From the sequence record SRR31156797_11237: a DNA stretch of 46,182 bases; one strand, given 5' to 3'. Shown in pieces: positions 37,259 to 46,182 of the stretch. A program made the position numbers and the translations under genes. Each line of letters begins with the position of its first letter. Position 1 is the stretch's first letter. The notes under the pieces are model-generated. The model was not told the origin of the DNA, searched no databases, and was given only the letters and a program-made list of their open reading frames with translations.

Positions 37259-38461
37259 ATGATCATCAAACCTAAAATTCGCGGATTTATCTGTACAACA
37301 ACCCATCCAGTGGGTTGTGAAGCTAATGTAAAAGAACAAATTGCTTACACTAAAGCACAAGGTCCAATCAAAAATGCACCTAAGCGTGTACTTGTTGTGG
37401 GCTCATCAAGTGGCTATGGCCTATCATCTCGTATCGCGGCTGCTTTTGGCGGCGGCGCTGCAACTATCGGTGTTTTCTTTGAAAAACCGGGTACTGAGAA
37501 AAAAACAGGTACTGCTGGTTTCTACAACGCGGCGGCTTTTGACAAGCTAGCACACGAAGAAGGCCTTTACGCAAAAAGCTTGAACGGCGACGCTTTCTCT
37601 AACGAAGCGAAGCAAAAAGCGGTTGAGCTGATTAAAGAAGACCTTGGTCAAATTGACCTAGTGGTTTACTCACTGGCTTCTCCAGTACGTAAAATGCCAG
37701 AAACGGGTGAGTTAGTGCGTTCTGCACTGAAACCAATTGGTGAAACTTACACGTCAACAGCAGTAGACACGAACAAAGATGTGATCATCGAAGCAAGTGT
37801 TGAGCCAGCAACCGAAGAAGAAATTCAAGATACCATTACAGTAATGGGCGGTCAGGACTGGGAACTGTGGATGCAAGCGCTTGAAGAGGGCGGTGTATTG
37901 GCAGAAGGTTGTAAGACTGTCGCTTACAGCTACATCGGTACTGAACTGACTTGGCCAATCTACTGGGACGGTGCACTAGGCCGTGCGAAGATGGACTTAG
38001 ACCGTGCAGCTTCTGCTCTAAACGACAAACTATCCACAACAGGTGGCAGCGCGAACGTTGCTGTTCTTAAGTCTGTTGTGACTCAAGCAAGTTCTGCAAT
38101 TCCTGTTATGCCGCTGTACATCGCAATGGTATTCAAGAAAATGCGTGAAGAAGGCATCCATGAAGGTTGTATGGAGCAAATCTATCGCATGTTCAGCCAG
38201 CGTCTATACAAAGAAGATGGTGGTGAAGCAGAAACTGATGAGAAGAACCGTCTACGTCTAGATGATTGGGAACTACGTGAAGATATTCAAAAACACTGTA
38301 GCGACCTATGGCCTCAAATCACGTCTGAAAACCTAAAAGAGCTTACAGATTACGAACTTTACAAAGAAGAGTTCCTAAAACTGTTCGGCTTCGGTGTTGA
38401 AGGTGTGGATTACGATGCAGACGTTAGCACAGAAGTCGCATTCAACGTTATTGACATCTAA
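37259..38461 (+). CDS. fabV: Enoyl-ACP reductase FabV
   Basis: [35 protein letters not shown], catalytic Y-X8-K ([10 protein letters not shown]). Confidence 0.97.
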   Translation: MIIKPKIRGFICTTTHPVGCEANVKEQIAYTKAQGPIKNAPKRVLVVGSSSGYGLSSRIAAAFGGGAATIGVFFEKPGTEKKTGTAGFYNAAAFDKLAHEEGLYAKSLNGDAFSNEAKQKAVELIKEDLGQIDLVVYSLASPVRKMPETGELVRSALKPIGETYTSTAVDTNKDVIIEASVEPATEEEIQDTITVMGGQDWELWMQALEEGGVLAEGCKTVAYSYIGTELTWPIYWDGALGRAKMDLDRAASALNDKLSTTGGSANVAVLKSVVTQASSAIPVMPLYIAMVFKKMREEGIHEGCMEQIYRMFSQRLYKEDGGEAETDEKNRLRLDDWELREDIQKHCSDLWPQITSENLKELTDYELYKEEFLKLFGFGVEGVDYDADVSTEVAFNVIDI

Positions 38462-38477
38462 TATCGAAAGAAAAAAC

Positions 38478-38505
38478 AAAAGGCGCTGATTTCAGCGCCT
38501 TTTTT
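38478..38505. terminator. Bidirectional terminator
   Basis: AAAAGGCGCTGA-TT-TCAGCGCCTTTTTT between convergent genes. Confidence 0.85.
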
Positions 38506-38527
38506 GTGTCCGTTAAACGAGTGCCAC

Positions 38528-40210
38528 TTAACTTAGAATAATCAGAATCGTACCGGTTAACGTCATGAGTATGTTGGCAATCGCGTATGTTCCTGCATAA
38601 CCTAATGCTGGGATGGTCGATTTTGCGTAGTCGTTTACAATGTCCATTGCGGGTGCACAAGTACGAGCACCGATAATCGCGCCGAACAGTAATGCTCGGT
38701 TCATTTTCAGCAAGTAAGCCCCTACGAGGTAAGCGATAACCACAGGGACGAAGCTAACTAAGAATGCAAGACCGATAACTTGCACACCAACTTCAGACAA
38801 GTGCTGAAACATATTCCCACCGGCACTTAATCCGATCCCCGCCATAAAGAACATCAGACCGAGATCTTTGACCATATTCAGTGCGCCTTGAGGAACGTAA
38901 CCAAAAGTAGGGTGGTTGGCTCTCAAAAAGCCCAGAGTAATCCCTGCCAGTAATAGGCCAACAGCATTACCCAAGCCAAATGAGACCTGACCAAAGGTCA
39001 TTGTCACAAGTCCGAACATAATACCGAGAATAAAGAAGCTGCAGAACGCCAGCAAATCCGCCATTTGGCTATGGATAGAGATGAAACCGATTTTTTCAGC
39101 AAGGCCCAATACTTTGCTTTTTTCCCCGCTGACCTGAAGGATATCGCCTTTCGCTAACACGATATCCAAATCCATCGGCATTTCTACCTGAGCGCGAACA
39201 ACGCGGTTAAGGAAACAGCCATATTCGGACAGGTTTAAATCCGATAAACGTTTACGGGCAAACTTGTCATTCTTAACGACGATCTCTTCTTCAGAGATAC
39301 GCAAGTCTAGCAAGTTACGGTCAAAGACTTCTTTACCTTCACGGAAGCTAGAGTCCAAACGAGCATGGCTGTCTGGATAACCTACGAGAGCAATTTCATC
39401 ACCCTCTTGCAAAATAGCTTCGCCATCAGGGTGGGCCAAAATACCATTACGACGGATACGCTCGATATAGCAACCTGTCTGAGTGTAAATACCCAGCTCA
39501 CGTAAATTACGGCCATCAATCCAGTTAACCAGAGCTGGGCCCACTCGATAAGCACGGATGATCGGTAAGTAAACTTTACGTTGACCACTGCTACCTAATC
39601 CTCGCTCTTGAGCGATTTGCTGAGCCGAATCTGACAGGTTTTGTTTTTGCAGTTTAGGCAGTAGCTTAGCGAATAGAATCATGCTGATTAAGCCGATAAG
39701 GTAAGCCATCGCGTAACCCACGGAGACGTTTTCTAGAATCAGTGACAGATCCATATTGCGAGGGACAGTCGCAAGTCCCGAGTTCAACGCATCTTGCGCA
39801 CCTACCAGTACGGGAGTCGAAGTCAATGCGCCTGCCATCATGCCGGCGGATAGACCGAAATCCAGCTTGAGGTAATAGCCACCAAAATAGGTAATCCAGG
39901 TCGCGGTTGTGACAACAACAATACTTAAGATGAAATAGTTTTTACCGTCACGGAAGAAAATACTGAAAAAGTTGGGTCCCGCTTCTATGCCAACACAATA
40001 GATGAACAGCATAAAACCAATGGTTAGGGCTTCAGAGTTGAGTGAGAAGCCAAGGTGTCCCATCACTAAAGAAGTGATAAGTACGCCTATTGAATTGCCA
40101 AGCTGAAAGCTACCAAAACGAATTTTGCCAATGGATAGACCCAGTGCTAGCACGACAAAAATTAGCAATATAGGGTTTTGTTTTAGTAAAAGGACGACGT
40201 CGATGTTCAC
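38528..40210 (-). CDS. Aspartate:alanine exchanger family transporter with TrkA-C domains (YbjL-like)
   Basis: [20 protein letters not shown], central TrkA-C repeats, [21 protein letters not shown] start. Confidence 0.9.
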   Translation of the reverse strand: MNIDVVLLLKQNPILLIFVVLALGLSIGKIRFGSFQLGNSIGVLITSLVMGHLGFSLNSEALTIGFMLFIYCVGIEAGPNFFSIFFRDGKNYFILSIVVVTTATWITYFGGYYLKLDFGLSAGMMAGALTSTPVLVGAQDALNSGLATVPRNMDLSLILENVSVGYAMAYLIGLISMILFAKLLPKLQKQNLSDSAQQIAQERGLGSSGQRKVYLPIIRAYRVGPALVNWIDGRNLRELGIYTQTGCYIERIRRNGILAHPDGEAILQEGDEIALVGYPDSHARLDSSFREGKEVFDRNLLDLRISEEEIVVKNDKFARKRLSDLNLSEYGCFLNRVVRAQVEMPMDLDIVLAKGDILQVSGEKSKVLGLAEKIGFISIHSQMADLLAFCSFFILGIMFGLVTMTFGQVSFGLGNAVGLLLAGITLGFLRANHPTFGYVPQGALNMVKDLGLMFFMAGIGLSAGGNMFQHLSEVGVQVIGLAFLVSFVPVVIAYLVGAYLLKMNRALLFGAIIGARTCAPAMDIVNDYAKSTIPALGYAGTYAIANILMTLTGTILIILS

Positions 40211-40312
40211 AATTTATCTCAAAATTTATGTGTGCAACAGAAGAGGGATAAAGTGTGATGATTCTAACGTAATAACAAAAAAAAATAAGTAAATAGTTGG
40301 ATAAAACGCAAC

Positions 40313-40341
40313 AAAAAACCCGCTGTTTAAAGCGGGTTTTT
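40313..40341 (-). terminator. Terminator after grxA
   Basis: AAAAAACCCGCT-GTTTAA-AGCGGGTTTTT. Confidence 0.8.
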
Positions 40342-40357
40342 CAAAATAAGATTTGTC

Positions 40358-40624
40358 TTACTCGTCAAACAAGCCTAAGTGCTCTTTTGCGTAAGCTTCA
40401 AACTCTGTACAACCGCCAATATGCTCTTGGTCTAGGAAGATTTGAGGAACAGTTTCAACTGGTTTGCCTACTGTTTTTTCAAGATCAGCTTTTGAAATGC
40501 CTTCTGCATGAATATCAACATAACGGTAGTTAAAATCGTCACGTTTTTCTTTTAGTGTTTCAGCATGCTCTTTAGCGCGAACACAATAAGGACAAGCCGG
40601 GCGACCAAAAATTACTGCGAACAT
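40358..40624 (-). CDS. grxA: Glutaredoxin 1
   Basis: CPYC active site, TVPQIF, IGGCT. Confidence 0.97.
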   Translation of the reverse strand: MFAVIFGRPACPYCVRAKEHAETLKEKRDDFNYRYVDIHAEGISKADLEKTVGKPVETVPQIFLDQEHIGGCTEFEAYAKEHLGLFDE

Positions 40625-40703
40625 ATCTTTCTCCTATAATTCATTTGAGACTACTATGCCCGATCCCACTGAGAAAATAAAGCGACAATTATCACTTGGT
40701 TTG

Positions 40704-40718
40704 ATAGGTAAAATCTAT
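40704..40718. promoter_or_regulatory. Candidate OxyR-like (LysR) box upstream of grxA
   Basis: Perfect ATAG-N7-CTAT; grxA is an OxyR target in E. coli; the second half of the full OxyR motif is not cleanly spaced. Confidence 0.45.
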
Positions 40719-40992
40719 TGTTCGTGGGGTTATGATTCTTGTTATTAATGAAGATATTTCACTAAGACTTTTATTTGCCCAGAGCGAATGAAAACTGTTC
40801 GAATATACTCTGATTAGAGAAGTGTCAAAGTTGAAGAGATTAAGCGGTGGCGTGATATTGAGCATATTCTCATATTAAAAGTAGGGATATTGTGAGCAAA
40901 TTGCCCTGAGTCAAAAAAATCCATCTTGTATCGGTGCAATCTAGGAGCAGTTTACCTTAATGCAACGCTTTGCAGAGGAATGGAGTTTTAAT

Positions 40993-42240
40993 ATGTTTCA
41001 GTTCATGACGTCGAATCGAATTGTTTTTGGCGAAGGCGCACTGGAAAGATCGCTCTCATTAATCAAGCAGTATGGTTATAGTGTCTTGCTGGTTTCTGGC
41101 AGGCAGAGTGAGCGTGCTCGTCCGGTGATCGATTATCTCAATGAACACAATATACGCTACCAACATGTAGCGATTAGTGGAGAACCCAATATTACCATGG
41201 TCGAGGAGACTGCGATTGTTGGTCGACGTTTTTCTCCAGGTCTTGTGGTTGCAATTGGAGGGGGCAGCGTACTTGATATGGGCAAAGCTTTGGCGGCTAT
41301 TATCCCAAATCAGGGAAATGTATACGATTATGTTGAAGTGGTTGGGCGCTGCGTCCCGCTAAAAACCAAACCATTGCCGATGATAGCGATTCCAACCACG
41401 GCCAGCACGGGCTCTGAAGTGACACGCAAAGCGGTACTTAAATCCGGCCAAGATAAAGTCAAAGTGAGTCTGCGCAGCCCTGACATGATTCCGGATGCCG
41501 CCATTGTCGATCCGACTCTAACTTATGGCATGGATACTTATACTTCCGGTCGCGGTGCAATGGAAACATTTACCCATCTTATGGAATCTTATGTGTGTGG
41601 TGATCCCAATCCGCTCACAGACATGATTTGCGAAGAGGGAGTGAGAAAATTATCAGGTGCCATTTTGCCGGCCTGCCTTAAAGATGATAAACAGGCGCGC
41701 TCCGATCTTTCGTTTGCGGCGATGCTCGGTGGTATGGCGTCAACGAACGCAAAACTAGGCGCAGCACATGGTCTGGCTTCTGCATTATGCGGAAAGTTAG
41801 AAGCGCCACATAGTGTGATCACTGCGCGTTTAGCACCGTATGTCATGCTGGAAAACGTCAATGCCGCACGTTTGGCGGGAAGAGGGGATATCCTCTTGCG
41901 ATATACCCATTTAGCGGAATTATTGACAGGCAATATCGGCGCAAAAATCGATGATGGTATTGCCTGGGTAGAAGATATGCTCGACACATTAAGGTTGCCC
42001 GATATCAGCAATTTTGGTGTTTGCAGAACCTCTTTTGAGACAGTGGCAGAAGATGCACTGAAATCCATCTCAATCAAAGGTAATCCTATTCCTCTGACCA
42101 AAGAACGTCTGGTCTATATATTAAATCAAGTATGCTCTTGTCAGGGTGAGTGTCAGGAACCGATGGAAATGCAAATGAGTGGCAGTGTTGAGCTGCTTTA
42201 CAACTCGATGTCAGAGGAGAGCTCTGAACAGGATGGGTAA
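40993..42240 (+). CDS. Iron-containing alcohol dehydrogenase family protein
   Basis: IVFGEG, AIGGGSVLDMGK, IPTTASTGSEVT, IVDPTLT, THLMESY, LGAAHGLA. Confidence 0.9.
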   Translation: MFQFMTSNRIVFGEGALERSLSLIKQYGYSVLLVSGRQSERARPVIDYLNEHNIRYQHVAISGEPNITMVEETAIVGRRFSPGLVVAIGGGSVLDMGKALAAIIPNQGNVYDYVEVVGRCVPLKTKPLPMIAIPTTASTGSEVTRKAVLKSGQDKVKVSLRSPDMIPDAAIVDPTLTYGMDTYTSGRGAMETFTHLMESYVCGDPNPLTDMICEEGVRKLSGAILPACLKDDKQARSDLSFAAMLGGMASTNAKLGAAHGLASALCGKLEAPHSVITARLAPYVMLENVNAARLAGRGDILLRYTHLAELLTGNIGAKIDDGIAWVEDMLDTLRLPDISNFGVCRTSFETVAEDALKSISIKGNPIPLTKERLVYILNQVCSCQGECQEPMEMQMSGSVELLYNSMSEESSEQDG

Positions 42241-42262
42241 CGGGTTAGGTTTGCTAGGATAG

Positions 42263-42292
42263 AAAAAACGGAGCGTTAAGCTCCGTTTTTTT
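42263..42292. terminator. Bidirectional terminator
   Basis: AAAAAACGGAGC-GTTAA-GCTCCGTTTTTTT. Confidence 0.85.
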
Positions 42293-43145
42293 AGTAATGT
42301 GATGATTTGTCGTAACGCGAGTCCTTTAACACTTCTTTGACGCGTTTTAGGTTTTCACGGAAACCTGATCCTCGGCGTAGCGTAAAGCCGGTTGCTAACA
42401 CGTCGATGATGGTCATTTGTACGACACGACTTGCCATAGGCATATAAACATCCGTATCTTCCGGCACTTCAAGACAGATAGAAAGAGACGCTGCTTTATC
42501 TAAAGGTGAATCTTTTGCTGTGATTGCAATAACCGTCGCACCGTTTTCACGAGCGAGATGGGCGATTTCAACCTGACTCTTTGTTCTGCCAGTATGAGAA
42601 ATAAGCACAATCACATCGTTGTCAGTACAGTTAATACAGCTCATACGCTGCATAACGATATCTTCAAAACAGCTGATTGGGATGTTAAAACGAATGAACT
42701 TGTTCTGTGCATCACGAGCAACTGCAGAAGACGCACCCAAACCGAAAAACGAAATTCGTTTAGCTTGAGTTAGCAGATCAACCGCTCGGTTAATTTGCAT
42801 TGGCTCTAGGCTGTTTTTAGCGACATCCAAACATGCCATCGTCGACTCAAAAATTTTGTGAGTGTAGGCATCTGGACCATCGTCTTCTTCGACATTGCGG
42901 TTAACGTATGGAGTTCCGTTAGCAAGGCTCTGGGCTAAATGTAATTTAAAATCAGGAAAACCTTTCGTATCTAAACGGCGACAAAAGCGGTTTACCGTTG
43001 GTTCGCTCACATCTGCCATTTTTGCCAAAGTAGCAATACTTGAATGAATTGCCGTTTGAGGTGAAGCCATAATTACTTCAGCTACTTTGCGCTCTGACTT
43101 GCTAAAGTTTTCCAGATTTTTTTGAATTTTTTCTAATGTATTCAT
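42291..43145 (-). CDS. hexR: RpiR-family regulator HexR
   Basis: SKSERKVAE, VSEPTVNRFCR, GFPDFKLHLAQSLANGTPY, SIS domain FFGLGAS, ISHTGRT, DTDVYMPM. Confidence 0.93.
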   Translation of the reverse strand: MNTLEKIQKNLENFSKSERKVAEVIMASPQTAIHSSIATLAKMADVSEPTVNRFCRRLDTKGFPDFKLHLAQSLANGTPYVNRNVEEDDGPDAYTHKIFESTMACLDVAKNSLEPMQINRAVDLLTQAKRISFFGLGASSAVARDAQNKFIRFNIPISCFEDIVMQRMSCINCTDNDVIVLISHTGRTKSQVEIAHLARENGATVIAITAKDSPLDKAASLSICLEVPEDTDVYMPMASRVVQMTIIDVLATGFTLRRGSGFRENLKRVKEVLKDSRYDKSSHY

Positions 43146-43399
43146 AGTGTTCACGCAGGCATAGAGAACAACTCGTTGGTTTAATGAAGTATGCATTTAA
43201 AGTTCGGAAATTCTTAGTTTCCGCAACGCTTACCATCACCAACGCCATGGATTCAGTATAAACCTAAGCGGTTAGAATCCCGAAACGAAAAATCCATTGG
43301 ATGGTGAGAATATGACAAGCCTCAAACTAAAATTTATAAAAACTACAGTTTTTAGCGGTAATTTACTCACACTTCGTGGATATTTCTCAACGATTGATG

Positions 43400-43449
43400 A
43401 AAAAGTTACAGCAAATAGAAAGTAATTTTCAATTTCACTGTAACTTTTT
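43400..43449 (-). terminator. Long inverted repeat after panP, likely terminator
   Basis: AAAAAGTTACAG (43400-43411) / CTGTAACTTTTT (43438-43449) immediately after the panP stop. Confidence 0.55.
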
Positions 43450-43455
43450 ATACGT

Positions 43456-45102
43456 TTATTTAGTGATTATATTTTTAGTTAATAGCTCGATTTTACCCAT
43501 TAAATTCGGCGCTAATTGAACGATTTTCCGTTGTTCTTCTAACACTGAGCTTAGAATTTCTTTTGTCGTTAATGGGTTTGCTAACACAACCCTAAATACG
43601 ATCGTATCTAGCTGATCCCAGCATTTAGGGTTTAAACGAGTACGTGAAACAAATGATTTACCGGTTTCACGCTGCGTTTTCTGAACAAACTTGGTGAGCT
43701 CATTAAGTAGTTCATTAAGCTCGGCTTTCTGACTAGCGTTAGCCAGCTCTAGTGCTTGCTTAATATGAGCGGGTAAGTAACGGTAGGTCAAAAGGCACAG
43801 CTCAGGCTCTGAGACTAACTCAAAGTCAGGTTGTGCTTTGATGAGATCGGCAAAATAGCGTGCTTTTGCGATACTTTGGTCAATGAGTAACTCATAACCA
43901 GCACGACTGATGATATGCATACTGGCGTAAACCAGCATTGCCATACCAGAACGCGAACCTTCAAGTGTATGACTGCCTAAGTCCTTAGAACCTTTACGCA
44001 ATATATATTGAGCGTGATGCTCAATAGATTTCATCGCCTCAGGATCTTTAAACAGGACCATTCCCGCGCCCATCGGAATATAAAGCTGTTTATGCGCATC
44101 AATGGTCACAGAATCCGCTAACTCGATGCCATCAAGCAGGTGACGATGATTGCTCGACATTAATGTTGCGCCGCCCCAAGCCGCGTCAACATGGAAATGG
44201 CAACCTTCGTCGTTACAGATTTCGGCAATGGTTCTAAGTGGGTCGACATTGCCCGTTTCTGTTGTACCAGCCACGCCAATAACCGCAAAAGGTTTGATAT
44301 TTTTCGCTTTTAACTCGGCAATTTTGGCTTTTAAGTCATCGGGGCAGATGCGGTTGTTGTCAGCTGTTTTTACTGGTACCAAGCCTTCTTGGCCAATACC
44401 TAATACATCCGCTGCTTTTTTCAAAGAGTAGTGACCACGCTCAGAAACAAGTACCGCTAAACCTTCGTAGCCATAATACTTCATAGCTTTAAAGAGGCCT
44501 TCTTTCTCAACGCCTTTGAAATCATTGTCAGCCTTTAAGGCTTTGTTACGTGCAACCCACAATGCCGTGATATTCGCAATGGTGCCACCAGAGCAAAATG
44601 CGCCTAATGAGTGCTCGGCACTGTGCATCCAAGAGGAATAGAAGCTATCGTCTTGAGCGTAAATAAGGCGATGCAACATCCCAAGAACTTGGCGCTCTAA
44701 GGGAGTAAACGCTTTGGAGGTTTCGATTTTGACTAGGTTCTGGTTCAAAGCGATCATGATTTTTGACAATGGCATCAAGAAATAAGGCAGTGCCGACGTC
44801 ATATGACCGATGAAGCTTGGAGATGCTGTGTGAACCGAGTGAGATACTAATGTATCAAGCAAGTGCTGAGTATGATCGGAAACGAACTCAGGCTGCTCAG
44901 GGATATGGGCATTAGAGAAGTCTTTCTCGATATCTTTAAGTGATTTTTCTTCTGCGACGATATGTTCACGCAAAAACTTATTTAAGTTGCGTGATAACTC
45001 TTCTTCAATTTTGGTCAGCGTAGAATCTGGCCCTTCAGGTACTGTGAAGATGCGAAGCAGAGAGTCAAAGTTCGCATCAGCAGTTCTTTGTTCTGATACC
45101 AT
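43456..45102 (-). CDS. panP: PLP-dependent aspartate 1-decarboxylase (group II decarboxylase)
   Basis: FIGHMTSALP, LNQNLVKIETSKAFT, SGGTIAN, HYS, HVDAAWGG, SVTIDAHKQ (PLP Lys); next to hexR as in Vibrionaceae. Confidence 0.92.
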   Translation of the reverse strand: MVSEQRTADANFDSLLRIFTVPEGPDSTLTKIEEELSRNLNKFLREHIVAEEKSLKDIEKDFSNAHIPEQPEFVSDHTQHLLDTLVSHSVHTASPSFIGHMTSALPYFLMPLSKIMIALNQNLVKIETSKAFTPLERQVLGMLHRLIYAQDDSFYSSWMHSAEHSLGAFCSGGTIANITALWVARNKALKADNDFKGVEKEGLFKAMKYYGYEGLAVLVSERGHYSLKKAADVLGIGQEGLVPVKTADNNRICPDDLKAKIAELKAKNIKPFAVIGVAGTTETGNVDPLRTIAEICNDEGCHFHVDAAWGGATLMSSNHRHLLDGIELADSVTIDAHKQLYIPMGAGMVLFKDPEAMKSIEHHAQYILRKGSKDLGSHTLEGSRSGMAMLVYASMHIISRAGYELLIDQSIAKARYFADLIKAQPDFELVSEPELCLLTYRYLPAHIKQALELANASQKAELNELLNELTKFVQKTQRETGKSFVSRTRLNPKCWDQLDTIVFRVVLANPLTTKEILSSVLEEQRKIVQLAPNLMGKIELLTKNIITK

Positions 45103-45249
45103 GGAGCGTCTATATAGTTATTGTTTTCGGGTCACAAGCCGGACAATTTAAACGAAAACGGGAACAAAGTCCCGTCTTAATTGTTCTGCTCGAGCCTATT
45201 AGGGTTACAAGCTTTAATTGCAAAAATTGAAGTACAAAAAGAGTGGTTT

Positions 45250-45759
45250 TTAGTTGCAATCAATCGTTTCTAATTTGGCAATAGCATCGTTGTAGCGGTT
45301 TAATGCCGTATCGATCTGTTTAGGATGGCTTAACAGCTCTGCAAACGCTGAACGCAGGTCATAGTTATTTTCGTGTGGCTTAGCCTGGCGATCATCAAAC
45401 GTTACTTTGGCAATTTTACCCAGTTCGTCACTTCGTGAAGCGAGCACTTTAATGTCTTGCTGTTCTAGTTTCAGCCATGCTTCAACTGGTTGACTGGTCG
45501 CGACTTTAGAGGCGTCATTTTTTAAGTAATAGTGAACCGCAGCACGGTTAAGTTCAAAGTGGTGTTTACGACCTTCTAAGAACCATTGACTGACGTCCGC
45601 CAGCTCTGGGTATTTTTCGGTGGTCAGTTTCGATAGGTCTTCGTACCAGCCAAGTGAAGCATCGATGTAAGCATCGTATTTGCCAGCCAGACATTGATCG
45701 TTGGCTGCTGCACTCATCGAAGTCGCTGTTAACAAGAACATAGTTAGAAGGCGTTTCAT
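45250..45759 (-). CDS. Exported hypothetical protein
   Basis: Signal peptide from ATG 45759 (AAGGA RBS); helical, with two Cys near the termini. Confidence 0.75.
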   Translation of the reverse strand: MKRLLTMFLLTATSMSAAANDQCLAGKYDAYIDASLGWYEDLSKLTTEKYPELADVSQWFLEGRKHHFELNRAAVHYYLKNDASKVATSQPVEAWLKLEQQDIKVLASRSDELGKIAKVTFDDRQAKPHENNYDLRSAFAELLSHPKQIDTALNRYNDAIAKLETIDCN

Positions 45760-45843
45760 AGTTTTTCCTTTGGGCTGATCATTTTTTATTATGTTATGTT
45801 TTTGGGTATATAGAACCCGTAATGTACTCTCTTTTGTCAACAA

Positions 45844-46182
45844 TTAGTGGGAGAGAGATACAAAAAATAGCATCAAAATGGGAACAAGTAGGCTCAGAAT
45901 AAAGCCACTAACAATGGCAACGGGGACACATCGTACTCCTCCAGTGGTTTGAATGACAGGAAGAGTAAAGTCCATCGCTGTCGCCCCCGCGTAGCCGATG
46001 GAGGTGCAAGGCTTGCGGCCGATGAACATTGGAATCAAAACCAGTGAAATAAGCTCTCTTAGTAGCTCGATCATGAATGAAGCCCCACCAAATACGGGAC
46101 CGAAAGCATCGCCCATCAGAATGCCCGCTAACGAGTACCAGCCAAAGCCAGAAGCCATGGCTAATCCTTGGTAGATAGAGAT
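45844..46182 (-). CDS. lysO: Lysine exporter LysO (YbjE) family, 5' part outside the window
   Basis: ASGFGWYSLAG, ELLRE, GATAMDFTLP, VSGFILS; frame open to the window edge. Confidence 0.88.
   Translation of the reverse strand: MSIYQGLAMASGFGWYSLAGILMGDAFGPVFGGASFMIELLRELISLVLIPMFIGRKPCTSIGYAGATAMDFTLPVIQTTGGVRCVPVAIVSGFILSLLVPILMLFFVSLSH

Noticed and set aside
40993-42240. Iron-containing ADH as the missing lactaldehyde reductase for rhamnose
   Set aside because: It sits in the core grxA-hexR block over 8 kb from the rha operon, and nothing in the sequence ties it to FucO function
1-46182. CRISPR array, insertion sequence, prophage, integron cassette or anti-phage defence genes
   Set aside because: No regularly spaced repeats, transposase, integrase, phage or defence-type ORFs recognised by eye; nearly all long ORFs are accounted for

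Overview
Vibrio-like chromosomal window; the genus is inferred from gene content and order (psrA-fadE-fabV-ybjL-grxA-hexR-panP, plus a VrrA-type sRNA). It opens with the 3' part of a tRNA-Ser(GGA) gene. About 32 kb of accessory-looking modules follow, with no visible integrase or transposase. (i) Two divergent diguanylate cyclase units, one a beta-barrel + mini binding-protein + HAMP/PAS/GGDEF operon. (ii) An SGNH hydrolase. (iii) A cluster matching the Pseudomonas histamine/imidazoleacetate (hin) pathway (LysR, DUF1028, RidA, flavin monooxygenase, aldehyde dehydrogenase, ArgE-like amidohydrolase), where the aminotransferase and APC permease are replaced by a GMC oxidoreductase and a NitT/TauT ABC transporter. 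(iv) An AapJQMP-type amino-acid ABC transporter with an isoaspartyl peptidase and a HypT/YjiE-like LysR. (v) An alpha-carbonic anhydrase. (vi) A mosaic L-rhamnose operon with a CRP + RhaS/RhaR-type promoter but no local regulator. From about 32.4 kb the window returns to core-type Vibrio genes, including a sigma-E-dependent VrrA sRNA carrying a duplicated seed motif. Family assignments come from motif reading and remembered homologues; no searches were run.
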